From Chloroflexota bacterium (lineage in GTDB: Bacteria; Chloroflexota; Limnocylindria; Limnocylindrales; CSP1-4): 36,674 bases of DNA. The translations under genes and the position numbers were made by a program. Each line of letters starts with the position of its first letter. The first letter of the stretch is position 1. Below the pieces are notes generated by a model. The model made no database searches, was not told where the DNA came from, and saw nothing but the letters and a program-made list of their open reading frames with translations. This document shows, in pieces, positions 1 to 8,283 of the stretch. Where the stretch lies: positions 1 through 36,674 of the forward strand of contig JANNHX010000173.1 of NCBI GenBank assembly GCA_031404615.1. Direction: 5' to 3'.

Positions 1-345
1 CACTGGGACAACGCGCGACGACAGGGTCGGACCGCTGCCCGGAACATGCTTGGCCGGGACGAGGCCTACGAGCGCGTCCCCTACTTCTTCTCCGACCAGT
101 TCGACCTCGGCCTGGAGCTCTTCGGCCGAACGGCGGGCGCGGACGACATGCTGATTCGCCGCGAGGACGGGGGCGGGATCGTGGCGTTGTGGCTCCGCGA
201 CGGGGTGGCCGTCGCCGGGATGCACGCGAACCTCCGCGGACGCAGGAAGGCGATCGATGCTCTCGTCACCGCGGAGGCGCGGATCGACCCCGCCGCCTTC
301 GCCGACCCCACCGTGCCGCTCGAGGCGGTGGTCGCAGGGACCTGA
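1..345 (+). CDS. 3' end of an FAD/NAD(P)-dependent pyridine nucleotide-disulfide oxidoreductase (ferredoxin/rubredoxin-reductase type); 5' end lies outside the window
   Basis: Frame 1 is open from nt 1 (HWDNARRQGRTAARNMLG...). The C-terminal domain pattern YFFSDQFDLGLELFG...ALWLRDGVAVAGMHAN is typical of ferredoxin reductases. Stop TGA at 343-345. Confidence 0.7.
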   Translation, partial: HWDNARRQGRTAARNMLGRDEAYERVPYFFSDQFDLGLELFGRTAGADDMLIRREDGGGIVALWLRDGVAVAGMHANLRGRRKAIDALVTAEARIDPAAFADPTVPLEAVVAGT

Positions 346-591
346 GACCGGCAGCAACACTCGGACATCGCCGCGCACCCAGGCGCGGGCCCGCTCGATC
401 GCCTGACGCGGTCGAGGGTCCCCAGGCTGAGCCGACTCGAAGAGGTCAAGGACGTGCTCGGCGCACGATGCCGCCCACAGAGCGAGCGGCTGGTGATCCA
501 AATCGGTGAGGGCCCCACCGCGGCGGATCGTCACGAAACCAGGGTCGCGGTCTTTCGGGAGGATCGCCTCGGCACCCCTCTTTGGTCGCAT
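346..591 (-). pseudogene. Possible 3'-truncated remnant of a small actinobacterial-type hypothetical/immunity-like protein family
   Basis: Minus-strand ATG at 591-589 opens MRPKRGAEAILPKDRDPGFVTIRRGGALTDLDHQPLALWAASCAEHVLDLFESAQPGDPRPRQAIERARAWVRGDV. The LALWAAxCAExVLxLFE...D.RPRxAIExARAW.RG pattern matches a family I recall as about 170-200 aa. After about 80 aa the frame runs antisense into the convergent reductase gene with no plausible continuation and no stop before the window edge. Confidence 0.3.
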
Positions 592-733
592 CTGCCCAGC
601 GTCTATCAGTGCTTCGACAGTCTGCACGTTCCACACGTCGATCCAAGTGTCCTGCCTCCCTCGCCGGGGCCCGAGGTGCGGCTGGGCGCGGCGAGGCGCA
701 GACGGGAGACGGGGCGTGGGTCAGGCGGAAGGG

Positions 734-2266
734 TCAGCCCGCCCGCTCGATCTCGGCCTTGCGGCGGTCGATGAAGTCATCGATGGACTCGCGGACGCCC
801 TCGTCCATGGACGGGTCCTCGCCCTCGTCGAGGAGGCGGCGCCAGACGTCCGCGGCGCGGTCGGTCGCGGTGCGCGCACCGTCCTCAGCCCACGTCTCGT
901 AGTTGCGCCAGTCGCTGATGAGCGGCGTGTAGAACGCGGTCTCGTAGCGCTCCAGGGTGTGCGCGGTCCCGAAGAAGTGGCCGCCGGGCCCGACGTCGGC
1001 GATGGCGTCGAGGCCCAGCGTCGCCTCGTCCACCACCACGGGCTGGAGCACCTCGGAGATGAGCTGCAGGAGCTCCGCATCGAGGATGAGCTTCTCGAAC
1101 GAGGCGGTGAGGCCACCCTCCAGCCAGCCGGCGCCCTGGTACAGGACATTGACCCCGCTCATCACGGCGCCCCAGATCGCCATCTCGCTCTCGTAGGCCG
1201 CCTGCGCGTCCACGACCGCTGATGCGGTGACGTTCGACGACCGCCACGGGAGGCCATAGCGGCGCGCCATCTGCCCCGTCGCCATCTGGCCCTTCACGTA
1301 CTCGGGCGTGCCGAAGGCGGGCGACCCCGTGCGCATGTCCACGTTCGAGGTGAAGCCGCCGTAGACCATCGGCGCGCCGGGCCGGGCGAGCTGGCTAAGC
1401 GCCACCATGAACAGAGCCTCGGCGTTCTGGAGCGCGATCGACCCCGCGAGCGTGACCGGGCTCATCGCGCCCGAGAGCGTGAACGGCGTCGCGATCGTGG
1501 CCTGTCCGGCCTCCGCCATCGCGATGAGCCCGTCCGACATGGGGCCGTCGAGGCGGAGCGGGCTGTTGGTGTTGACCACCGTGATCAGCGTGGGTTCCAG
1601 GGCGAGCTGGTCACGGGTGACGCCGCGCATCCGGCAGACGACCTCGACCGCGTCCTCAACGGTCACGCGCCCGTACGCCAGCGAGTGCCAGGTCTTGTCC
1701 AGCAGCGTGGCGAAGGTCCGGTACATCTCGAGGTGGCGGACCGGCACTGGGACGTCCGTCGGCTCGCACGCGCCGCCGCCCTCCTGGTGCAGGACGTTGA
1801 GCCGGCCGACGAGCCGGGTGAACGCCCGCATGTCCTCGAGGGTCCCGGGGCGCCGGCCGCGCGCGAGGTCGCTCGCGAAGGCCGGGCCTCCGACGGAGCA
1901 GAAGACGAGGTTCCGGCCGCCGACCGTCGTGTTCCACGCCGGGTTGCGGGCGTGCAGCTCGAAGGTCCCGGGGGCCGTGGTGATCAGCGCCTCGACCTGG
2001 GCCGGATCGAGGCGGACGCGGCGGGTCGCGTTGTCGATGCTCGCGCCGGCGGCGCGCAGGAGGTCGATGGCGCGGTCGCCCATCACCTCGATGCCGGTGT
2101 CGCGGAGGATCGTCAGCGACGCGTGGTGGATGGCCTCGACCTGGTCCGCGCTCAGCACCTCCGCGGGCGGGAACGGGTTGACGAGGCGGCGCGGCGGGAG
2201 CTGGGGGATGCCCGGGGCGGCTCGGCGCGGTCGGCGGCGGACTGGGCCGCGATCCCCGGAGGTCAC
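734..2266 (-). CDS. MttB-superfamily (trimethylamine methyltransferase family) protein, non-pyrrolysine type; probable quaternary-amine:corrinoid methyltransferase
   Basis: Family-typical blocks: N-terminal RRxxRRAAPGIPQLPPRRLVNPFPPAEVLSADQVEAIHHASLTILRDTGIEV, then NSPLRLDGPM, FTLSGAMSPVTLAGSIALQNAEAL and YGGFTSNVDMRTGSPAFGTPEY. There is no in-frame stop, so no Pyl codon. I prefer the GTG start at 2266, which overlaps the upstream gene's stop (GTGA, 2263-2266), over the longest-ORF start at 2401, which would overlap the upstream gene by 139 nt. Confidence 0.85.
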   Translation of the reverse strand: MTSGDRGPVRRRPRRAAPGIPQLPPRRLVNPFPPAEVLSADQVEAIHHASLTILRDTGIEVMGDRAIDLLRAAGASIDNATRRVRLDPAQVEALITTAPGTFELHARNPAWNTTVGGRNLVFCSVGGPAFASDLARGRRPGTLEDMRAFTRLVGRLNVLHQEGGGACEPTDVPVPVRHLEMYRTFATLLDKTWHSLAYGRVTVEDAVEVVCRMRGVTRDQLALEPTLITVVNTNSPLRLDGPMSDGLIAMAEAGQATIATPFTLSGAMSPVTLAGSIALQNAEALFMVALSQLARPGAPMVYGGFTSNVDMRTGSPAFGTPEYVKGQMATGQMARRYGLPWRSSNVTASAVVDAQAAYESEMAIWGAVMSGVNVLYQGAGWLEGGLTASFEKLILDAELLQLISEVLQPVVVDEATLGLDAIADVGPGGHFFGTAHTLERYETAFYTPLISDWRNYETWAEDGARTATDRAADVWRRLLDEGEDPSMDEGVRESIDDFIDRRKAEIERAG

Positions 2267-3189
2267 GTAGCGGTGCCCCGGAGCGAGGCCCACCAGGCGC
2301 GGACCGCGGGGAACATCGCGGCATCGATCGCCTTGATCTCCTCGCGCGTGATCGGCGCGTCGGCGGCGGCCCGGTCCTCGGCCGGCTCGGCCAGGAAACA
2401 CGCCTCGGCGAGCGGCCGCCCTGGCCGCAGCTCCGCGAGGGTGACGACGCCGCCCCTCCAGGTGTCGAGATTGAGGGCTCGGCCCCCATGGACGAGCGTC
2501 GGCTGGGCGACCGGCGTGTGGCCGTAGACGACCCGCGCGATCCCGGCCTCACGGAACGCCGACCAGGCCTCGGCCTCCGGGAACGTGTGCGGCGACGCGG
2601 ACCAGGCGTCGCGGATCCAGAGCCGCTCCTCCCCCGCCGCCCACGCGTCAAGCGCCTGGAACGGGACCGGTCCGCCGTGGACGAAGAGCACGTCGCCCCA
2701 GGTCGCATAGGGCGCGAAGGTCTCGAGCGCCGGCCTGAAGTCGGAGTCGAAGGCGTCGACGCGAGCCGCGACCTCCAGAGGGGGCATCGCGAGCCATTCG
2801 CCCGGGGCGAGGCCCGCGGACTGCAGCGTCGCCCCGCCCCCGAACGTCAGGAGCGCGCGCCAGATCTCGGGGACGCCGGCGAGGCCCCCGAGCAGCTCGA
2901 CCTCGTGGTTCCCCTCGAGGAGCACCACCAGCCCGCCGCGCGCGGGCGCCTGACCGCGCAGCGCGACGAGCCGCCGCACCAGGCCGACCGAGTCCGGGCC
3001 GCGGTCGACCATGTCGCCGGTGATCACGAGGGCCGTCTCGGGCGGCGCGATCCAGCGGTCACCGCCGTCGGTCACGCCGGCGGTCGCGAGGAGGCGGTCG
3101 AAGACGTCCCGCTGGCCATGCACGTCGCTGGCGGCCCAGACGGCGAACGACGGCGGGATGGTGATGGGGCCGATTCCCGGGAAGGGCAT
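2263..3189 (-). CDS. Calcineurin-like metallophosphoesterase (PPP/ApaH-like phosphatase family)
   Basis: Motifs SDVHGQ (DxH), GDMVDRGPDS (GDxxDRG), EGNHE (GNHE), FVHGG and YGHTP appear in canonical order. ATG at 3189 with GAGGG upstream. Confidence 0.8.
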   Translation of the reverse strand: MPFPGIGPITIPPSFAVWAASDVHGQRDVFDRLLATAGVTDGGDRWIAPPETALVITGDMVDRGPDSVGLVRRLVALRGQAPARGGLVVLLEGNHEVELLGGLAGVPEIWRALLTFGGGATLQSAGLAPGEWLAMPPLEVAARVDAFDSDFRPALETFAPYATWGDVLFVHGGPVPFQALDAWAAGEERLWIRDAWSASPHTFPEAEAWSAFREAGIARVVYGHTPVAQPTLVHGGRALNLDTWRGGVVTLAELRPGRPLAEACFLAEPAEDRAAADAPITREEIKAIDAAMFPAVRAWWASLRGTAT

Positions 3190-3295
3190 GCGGCGGTGAC
3201 CCTCAGTGGCCGGCGTCGACGGCGGCCGGTCGGCCGGTCGAGGCGGAGCGGTTGCAGCCTACCGCCCCGGCGCGGCACTCCGCATGGGAGCACGA

Positions 3296-4801
3296 TCAGC
3301 CCGCGGGCTGGGCGACCCCCGACCGAACCCGCTTGGGGCCCGCGATCCACAGCGCGACCGACCACAGGACGAGCGAGCCGAGGATCACCGGGATGAGCGG
3401 CGCGAACGATCCGGTCGTGTCGAGCGCCACTGCGCCCAGGTAGACCGCGATCGTGCCGCCGACCGGGTAGGCCACGCCCAGCAGCCCGAAGATCGTCCCG
3501 AAGTTCGGGCCGCCGAAGACGTCGCCGAAGGCCGCCGATCGGACGGCGATGGTGGCCCCGGTCCCGAGTCCGTGGACGATGATCCCGACCGCCGCCACCG
3601 CCGGGACCGCGCCCACGAGGCCGAGCGCCGCCACGACCCCGCCCGCCACGGCCGCGGCCGCCGCGACCCCCACGACCCGCCGACCGATGTGGTCCGACAG
3701 CCAGCCGCCGAGGATCTGCCCGAACACGTAGGCCAGCGACTGGAGCCCGAGCGCCGTCGCCGCCCAGCCCGCCCCGAGCCCGACCTTCATGGCGCTGGGG
3801 ATGAACGCCTGCAGGACGCCCTCGTCGAAGACCCCGATCGCGGCGGCACCAGCGAACAGCAGCCAGAACCGGCGCGTCCGCACAACGCGGCGAACGCTCC
3901 GCGGGTGCTCGCCGCTGCCGACGGGCTGGATCTCACGGGCGGCCGAGACCGCGCCCGGCGCCGACACCTCGTGGAGGCCCGAGGCGTGGCGCGCCTGGAC
4001 GGCCTCGGTGCCCCGGACGTCGAGCTGGCCGGCGCTCATCGGCTCGCCCAGGGCGATCGAGGGCCGCCCGATGGGGCTCGCGAGGAACGTGGCGACCTCC
4101 GGGCCGATCACCGCCACCGCCGGCCCCCGCGGCTCCGCGGCGCCCGCCGGGCCACGCACGTCCGAGGGCGCCGAGGCCCGCCGCCGCTCCGGTCGCCGTG
4201 CCGGGACGACGATCGCCGGGCCGCTGGTCATGACCCACACGAACGCCACCCCGACGAGGCACGACGCCAGGAACACGAGCGACGTCGAGCGCCAGCCCGC
4301 GGTGGCGATCAGCCCGCCGGCGATCGGCAGGGCGATCGCGACGCCGATGCCCGGCCCTGCGTACGCGATCCCGAGCGCGAGCCCGGACATGCCCGCATAG
4401 CGCCGCGCGATCGCCGTGGACGTCCCGATGAACGAGAGCTGGAGGCCCAGCGCCATGAACACGGCGTAGGCCAGGATGACGAGCGAGATCTCCTGCGCCA
4501 GGTACAGCGCAAGCCAGCCGGCCGCGAGCAGCACCATCGACGCCGTGAGGAGGTCGCGATCGGCCCACTCGTCGTACGCGCGGCCCAGCAGCGGGCTCGC
4601 GACCGCGGTGACGACGAGGAACATCGTCCAGGGGGTGACCGCGAGCGTCCGGCTGATCCCGAACTCACCCGCGAACGCGACCGAGATGGCCGGGAACGTG
4701 TACAGCCCGCCGTACGCGATCGCGCCGACCACGAACGCCCCCACCAGCGGGAGGGAGGCGCGCCAGGCGCGTCGGGCGATCGGGAGGGCCATCCCCGCCA
4801 T
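3296..4801 (-). CDS. MFS transporter (OFA-like) with a long central cytoplasmic loop
   Basis: Two blocks of hydrophobic helices are separated by a charged loop of about 110 aa (ARRPERRRASAPSDVRG...VRTRRFW). The N-terminus LPLVGAFVVGAIAYGGLYTFPAISVAFAGEFGIS is typical of MFS. The start is taken at ATG 4801 (or 4792). The longest-ORF start at 4930 adds a T/R/P-rich non-protein-like extension. Confidence 0.75.
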   Translation of the reverse strand: MAGMALPIARRAWRASLPLVGAFVVGAIAYGGLYTFPAISVAFAGEFGISRTLAVTPWTMFLVVTAVASPLLGRAYDEWADRDLLTASMVLLAAGWLALYLAQEISLVILAYAVFMALGLQLSFIGTSTAIARRYAGMSGLALGIAYAGPGIGVAIALPIAGGLIATAGWRSTSLVFLASCLVGVAFVWVMTSGPAIVVPARRPERRRASAPSDVRGPAGAAEPRGPAVAVIGPEVATFLASPIGRPSIALGEPMSAGQLDVRGTEAVQARHASGLHEVSAPGAVSAAREIQPVGSGEHPRSVRRVVRTRRFWLLFAGAAAIGVFDEGVLQAFIPSAMKVGLGAGWAATALGLQSLAYVFGQILGGWLSDHIGRRVVGVAAAAAVAGGVVAALGLVGAVPAVAAVGIIVHGLGTGATIAVRSAAFGDVFGGPNFGTIFGLLGVAYPVGGTIAVYLGAVALDTTGSFAPLIPVILGSLVLWSVALWIAGPKRVRSGVAQPAG

Positions 4802-5042
4802 CGTACGGGAGGTGGCACTGCGACCGGGCATCGGTGGAACCCTGGTCGCCCACCGCGTCGGCGGGCGCTGGGGTGGCGTCACCGTCCGTGTCGCCGTCGG
4901 CGTCCTGGTCGCCATCCGGGTCGACGCCACCGGCGCTCTGGCCGTCGGCGCGCACCGGCGAATCGGCGGGGGTGGACCCGTTGGCCCGCTGACCCGCGGC
5001 GAGCATCCCGCAGCGGGCCGATGCCTGGCGCTTCGCGGCCAC
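4802..5042 (-). other. Coding-like Asp-rich frame upstream of the MFS gene (small upstream ORF, or a frameshifted N-terminal extension of the MFS)
   Basis: GTG at 5042 lies only 8 nt after the stop of the upstream gene. The frame shows a G-nonG-S codon pattern (ggc gtc gac ccg gat ggc gac cag gac gcc gac ggc gac acg gac ggt gac) and encodes ...GVDPDGDQDADGDTDGDATPAPADAVGDQGS... It is out of frame with the MFS ORF, and its tail beyond 4800 looks like junk. Confidence 0.3.
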
Positions 5043-5050
5043 CGGGCGCG

Positions 5051-6031
5051 CTAGCTTGCGGCGGGCGTCCCGCGAACCTCGATCGTGACGTCCCAGCAGA
5101 TCCGTTCGCCGGCCCGTAGCAGCAGTGCCCGTCCGGACGCCATCGCAGTGTCGAGGTCATCGTGCCCGGACGTCGTGGGCTCGATGGCGACCTGCGTGGC
5201 GCCCGAGCCCGCCGGCCAGCCGCCGGCGTCGATCCACAGGCCCACCGCCGGCACGTGCTCCCGCGTCCAGCTGAACATGATCGAGGCACCGTCAGGCGTC
5301 GTCGCGCCCACGGGGCCCGGCGGTGCCGGATCGGCGTAGAGCTTCGTGGCGAAGCCCGCGCCGCCGGCCTGGACCACGGAGAGGTCGACGGCCGGGCTGC
5401 CGACGACGACCGGCCAGGGGGTGGGACGCCGGAGCGGCGCGGCCTCCAGCCCGGTGCCGATCTCCTGGGACAGGGTCACACTGGTGCCCTGCGGGAGCTC
5501 GAATCTCGATCCTGGCTCGAGCTCAAGGAGAGCGTGCATGGACCAGAGCACCGGCAGGTCGACGGCCGATGCGTTCACGAGAGCGTACGCGGCATGGATG
5601 ACGCGGTCCTCAAGCCTGAGCCGGCGTTCGAGGTGCAGGGGCCATCGGGTGTCGTTCCATCGGGTGGCGACCATCCGGCCGTCGGTGCCCGGCACCACCC
5701 GGACGGCGGCGCTTCGTGCCCATTGGGCGCCGTGGTCGCGGAGAGGCGGGCCGTCAGGATCGATCGGGCCGTTGGCGGGCGCCACCGTCGGGAGGCACTC
5801 GTCCCAGCCGTAGGCTTCGCGGAGCCCGAAGACCGCCGTCTCGCGCCGCCACGCCGTCAACTCGGAGGGTGTCGGCGGGGTGCCCTGGACCAGCCACTCG
5901 CGCCCCGAGTGCCGATCCCGGAGCGACGTGACCCGCCCACCCAGCTCCGGCACCATCGTCAGGAGCAGATCGGCACTCTCCAGGGAGATGACTTGCAGAT
6001 GTCCGAACGCGCCGTCCCTGGCGTCGCTCAC
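5051..6031 (-). CDS. Aldose-1-epimerase/galactose-mutarotase-like fold protein
   Basis: The 326-aa product (VSDARDGAFGHLQVISLESADLLLTMVPELGGRVTSLRDRHSGREWL...WDECLPTV...HALLELEPGS...IEPTTSGHD) resembles mutarotase-like/DUF4432-type proteins. GTG start at 6031 overlaps the upstream stop (GTGA, 6028-6031). The rest of the 630-aa longest ORF is off-frame overlap with the upstream gene. Confidence 0.55.
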   Translation of the reverse strand: MSDARDGAFGHLQVISLESADLLLTMVPELGGRVTSLRDRHSGREWLVQGTPPTPSELTAWRRETAVFGLREAYGWDECLPTVAPANGPIDPDGPPLRDHGAQWARSAAVRVVPGTDGRMVATRWNDTRWPLHLERRLRLEDRVIHAAYALVNASAVDLPVLWSMHALLELEPGSRFELPQGTSVTLSQEIGTGLEAAPLRRPTPWPVVVGSPAVDLSVVQAGGAGFATKLYADPAPPGPVGATTPDGASIMFSWTREHVPAVGLWIDAGGWPAGSGATQVAIEPTTSGHDDLDTAMASGRALLLRAGERICWDVTIEVRGTPAAS

Positions 6032-7302
6032 TGACGGGCGCTCCCGAATGCCGCTGCGGCGATCTTCCCCGATCGGACCGCTCCCTCCACGCAGGGCTGG
6101 ACGAGCCAATCGCCGGCGAACACGATCGGCGGTTGCTGCCTGAGCGCGCGCAACGGCGCGAAGTACCCCGGCCTCACGACGGGCACGGCGTGCGGCCAGC
6201 GCACGAGATGGGTGATCTCGGCCGTCTCGAGCGGGAAGAGGCTCGGGTCGATGGCCGTGCCGGCTGCCCAGAGCGTCGATGCGAGCTCCGCGTCCGGCAT
6301 CGGGACGAGTCCGGCACTCGACGCGGCCGGCGCGCACACGAGTGCCCACTCCCATCCGGGCGGCACGCGGCCCCAGGAGCCGTCCCCGCCGGATCCCTGC
6401 TCCACGGTTGCGACGACATCGTTGGGGAGGGCATGGATCCCCGTCCGCGGCCGACCCGGACCGCGGCGCGCCGCGTACAACCGGACATGCGGCGCGTACT
6501 GGACGCCGCGGACCGCCTCCGGCAGGTCGGCACCGTCCACAAGCTGCACCGCGAGTGGTGCCGGTACGGCGACGACGACCCCGTCGAACCGCTCGACGGA
6601 GTCGGCCAGGTGCACCTCCACGCCGTTGCCCGTCCGCACCAGCCGGTCGACACGCGAGCCGGTCCGGACCCCGACGATCTCGCCGAGGTGGCGCCAAGGG
6701 GTGTCCATCCCACCGTCCACCTGGAAGAACGTGCCCACCGACAGCGCGCGCAACCACGAGCGGACGAGAGCGGCGGACAGGTCCTCGAGACGCGAGAAGA
6801 ACGGGCCTTCGAACGATGGCCGCACAACCACGTCGGCGGCCGCCCGGCCGATGGAGGCCAGGCCGGTCCGTGCCGTGCGGGCGTCCCAGCCCATGTCGAC
6901 CCGCAGCTCGCCGCGCTGGGTCAGGAACAGCTGCGCCATCCACGCCACGAACCGGATCTTCTCGGATGGCCGCAGCAGGGTTGTCCCGAGGATGCGCCGC
7001 ACCGAGTTCGGGTTCGGCTGGAGGGCACCGTTCAGCAGCAGGTCCCCACCCCCGCGCAGCGAGAGCTCGCGGAGGATGCCCCGAAGCCCGAGCTCGTCCA
7101 GCAGGGCCAGGGTGTCCGGGTAGAACGACGCGAGCCAGCCCGCGCCGTCGTCCGTCCAGTGGCCCGGGCCGTGGTGCGCGGCATGGGTCCTGCCGCCCAC
7201 AACGGGCATCGCCTCGAATACCGTGGGCTCGTGGCCTGCCTGCAGCAACCGGTAGGCGGCCGTCAGCCCGGCCGGTCCCGCCCCGACCACGGCGACGTGC
7301 AT
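6028..7302 (-). CDS. FAD-dependent oxidoreductase, amine-oxidase/protoporphyrinogen-oxidase-like
   Basis: MHVAVVGAGPAGLTAAYRLLQAGHEPTVFEAMPVVGGR is a GxGxxG dinucleotide fold followed by the E...GGR signature. ATG at 7302 is preceded by GGAGG (ggaggtcgcccaATG). Confidence 0.8.
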   Translation of the reverse strand: MHVAVVGAGPAGLTAAYRLLQAGHEPTVFEAMPVVGGRTHAAHHGPGHWTDDGAGWLASFYPDTLALLDELGLRGILRELSLRGGGDLLLNGALQPNPNSVRRILGTTLLRPSEKIRFVAWMAQLFLTQRGELRVDMGWDARTARTGLASIGRAAADVVVRPSFEGPFFSRLEDLSAALVRSWLRALSVGTFFQVDGGMDTPWRHLGEIVGVRTGSRVDRLVRTGNGVEVHLADSVERFDGVVVAVPAPLAVQLVDGADLPEAVRGVQYAPHVRLYAARRGPGRPRTGIHALPNDVVATVEQGSGGDGSWGRVPPGWEWALVCAPAASSAGLVPMPDAELASTLWAAGTAIDPSLFPLETAEITHLVRWPHAVPVVRPGYFAPLRALRQQPPIVFAGDWLVQPCVEGAVRSGKIAAAAFGSARQ

Positions 7303-7381
7303 TGGGCGACCTCCATGGCGGGCCGGGCTGGCGACGCTCGGGGTTGTCGTGCCACGGCTGAATACGGCCTTCACAGGACCA

Positions 7382-7414
7382 AGACTATACCAATCAAACC
7401 TTTTGTGGTAGTCT
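7382..7414. promoter_or_regulatory. Candidate operator in a divergent promoter: imperfect inverted repeat AGACTATACCA-N13-TGGTAGTCT containing ATACCAAT
   Basis: An AT-rich patch sits in the 143-nt gap between the divergent FAD-oxidoreductase operon and the GntR operon. The ATACCAAT 8-mer (7387-7394) recurs at two other divergent promoters. TAGTCT (7409-7414) is a possible -10 for the GntR operon. Confidence 0.45.
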
Positions 7415-7445
7415 CATCGATCACCACCACCGACCGAGGGATGGC

Positions 7446-8270
7446 GTGAAGGAACCCCTCTACTCGATTATCGCGGGACGCGCCGAGGCGCTGATCCGCT
7501 CGGGAGCGTGGCCGCACGGGACCCGCCTGCCACCGGAGCGGGAGCTGTGCGAGCTCTTGGACGTGAGCCGCACGTCGCTCCGCCAGGCGCTGGCGGACCT
7601 GGAGGAACGTGGTCTGATCACGCGTCACCAGGGGCGCGGCACCTTCGTGACGCGACCCCGGGTGGACGCCGACGCCTCGGGCTACTTCAGCATCGGCGAC
7701 GCCCTCCGCAGTCGCGGCATGGAGCTGACGACCGCGGTGGTCAGCACGAGCATCGTCGAGGCCAGCGAGCACCTGGCGACGGAGCTGTGCCTGGAGACCG
7801 GCGATCCGGTGTTCAGCCTCGAGCGCCTGCGCTCATCGGATGGTGAGGCCGTCGTCCTCGAAGTGTCCCACCTGCCGCTCAGGCTCTTCCCGAGGCTCGA
7901 CCAGAGGGACTTCTCAAGCCGCTCCCTCTACCACGTCCTGTGGGAGGACTACGGGCGCTACGTCGCCAAGGCGAGCGAGACCCTGGAGCCGGTCGTGCTC
8001 ACCAGCCGCGAGGCCCACGTGCTGGGTGTGTCCCGCGGTGCGCCGGCGCTCCTCTTCCGCCGCACGACGCGGGACAGGTCGAACGTCATCGTCGAGGTCG
8101 GTCAGGGCCTGCTCCGCGGCGACCGTTCGCGGTTCCTCATCGAGCGCCACGTGCAGGAAGGCTGGGCGTCGAGCCATGACCCTTCCGCTCCACCCACCAC
8201 GAGCCGTCCCGCTCCCGAGACACCTTCGCGGATCGCGGCGGGACTGCTGGACGCGTCCACCCCACGCTGA
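7446..8270 (+). CDS. GntR-family transcriptional regulator, HutC subfamily (wHTH + UTRA-like effector domain)
   Basis: The N-terminus has LPPERELCELLDVSRTSLRQALADLEERGLITRHQGRGTFV (GntR wHTH), followed by a UTRA-like domain of about 150 aa. GTG start. Confidence 0.9.
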   Translation: MKEPLYSIIAGRAEALIRSGAWPHGTRLPPERELCELLDVSRTSLRQALADLEERGLITRHQGRGTFVTRPRVDADASGYFSIGDALRSRGMELTTAVVSTSIVEASEHLATELCLETGDPVFSLERLRSSDGEAVVLEVSHLPLRLFPRLDQRDFSSRSLYHVLWEDYGRYVAKASETLEPVVLTSREAHVLGVSRGAPALLFRRTTRDRSNVIVEVGQGLLRGDRSRFLIERHVQEGWASSHDPSAPPTTSRPAPETPSRIAAGLLDASTPR

Positions 8271-8283
8271 ACCTGGAGCTGCC

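Noticed and set aside
734-2266. Possible pyrrolysine (in-frame UAG) in the MttB homologue
   Set aside because: The reading frame is uninterrupted from 2266 to the stop at 734-736, and no pyl genes are in the window. This is a non-Pyl family member.
734-2401. Longest-ORF start codons for several genes: 2401, 4930, 6943, 7374, 7840, 8322, 11095, 11973, 14771, 15736, 16412, 16387, 22264, 25030, 24841, 26152, 27306, 28427, 29725, 30318, 31717, 31489 and 35508
   Set aside because: The extensions are non-protein-like and usually overlap the neighbouring gene. Internal ATG/GTG/TTG starts give family-typical N-termini, good Shine-Dalgarno spacing and/or 4-nt start/stop overlaps.
4811-4850. GGCACTG...GGTGGAACCCTGG on the plus strand, faintly reminiscent of cobalamin-riboswitch elements (relevant given the B12-dependent genes)
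   Set aside because: The orientation is wrong for the only downstream genes, which are on the minus strand. No B12-box or other conserved riboswitch stems are recognisable.
3206-5119. 637-aa plus-strand ORF antisense to the MFS transporter. Similar long off-frame ORFs are 1656-2708(-), 6133-7449(+), 9758-11071(-), 13335-14921(+), 16315-17592(-), 19495-21126(+), 22162-23814(+), 24432-26183(-), 30116-31882(+), 30474-32330(-) and 31363-33141(-).
   Set aside because: All are R/P/G/D-rich low-complexity translations. Each overlaps a gene on another frame or strand that has clear family motifs. None shows a recognisable domain.
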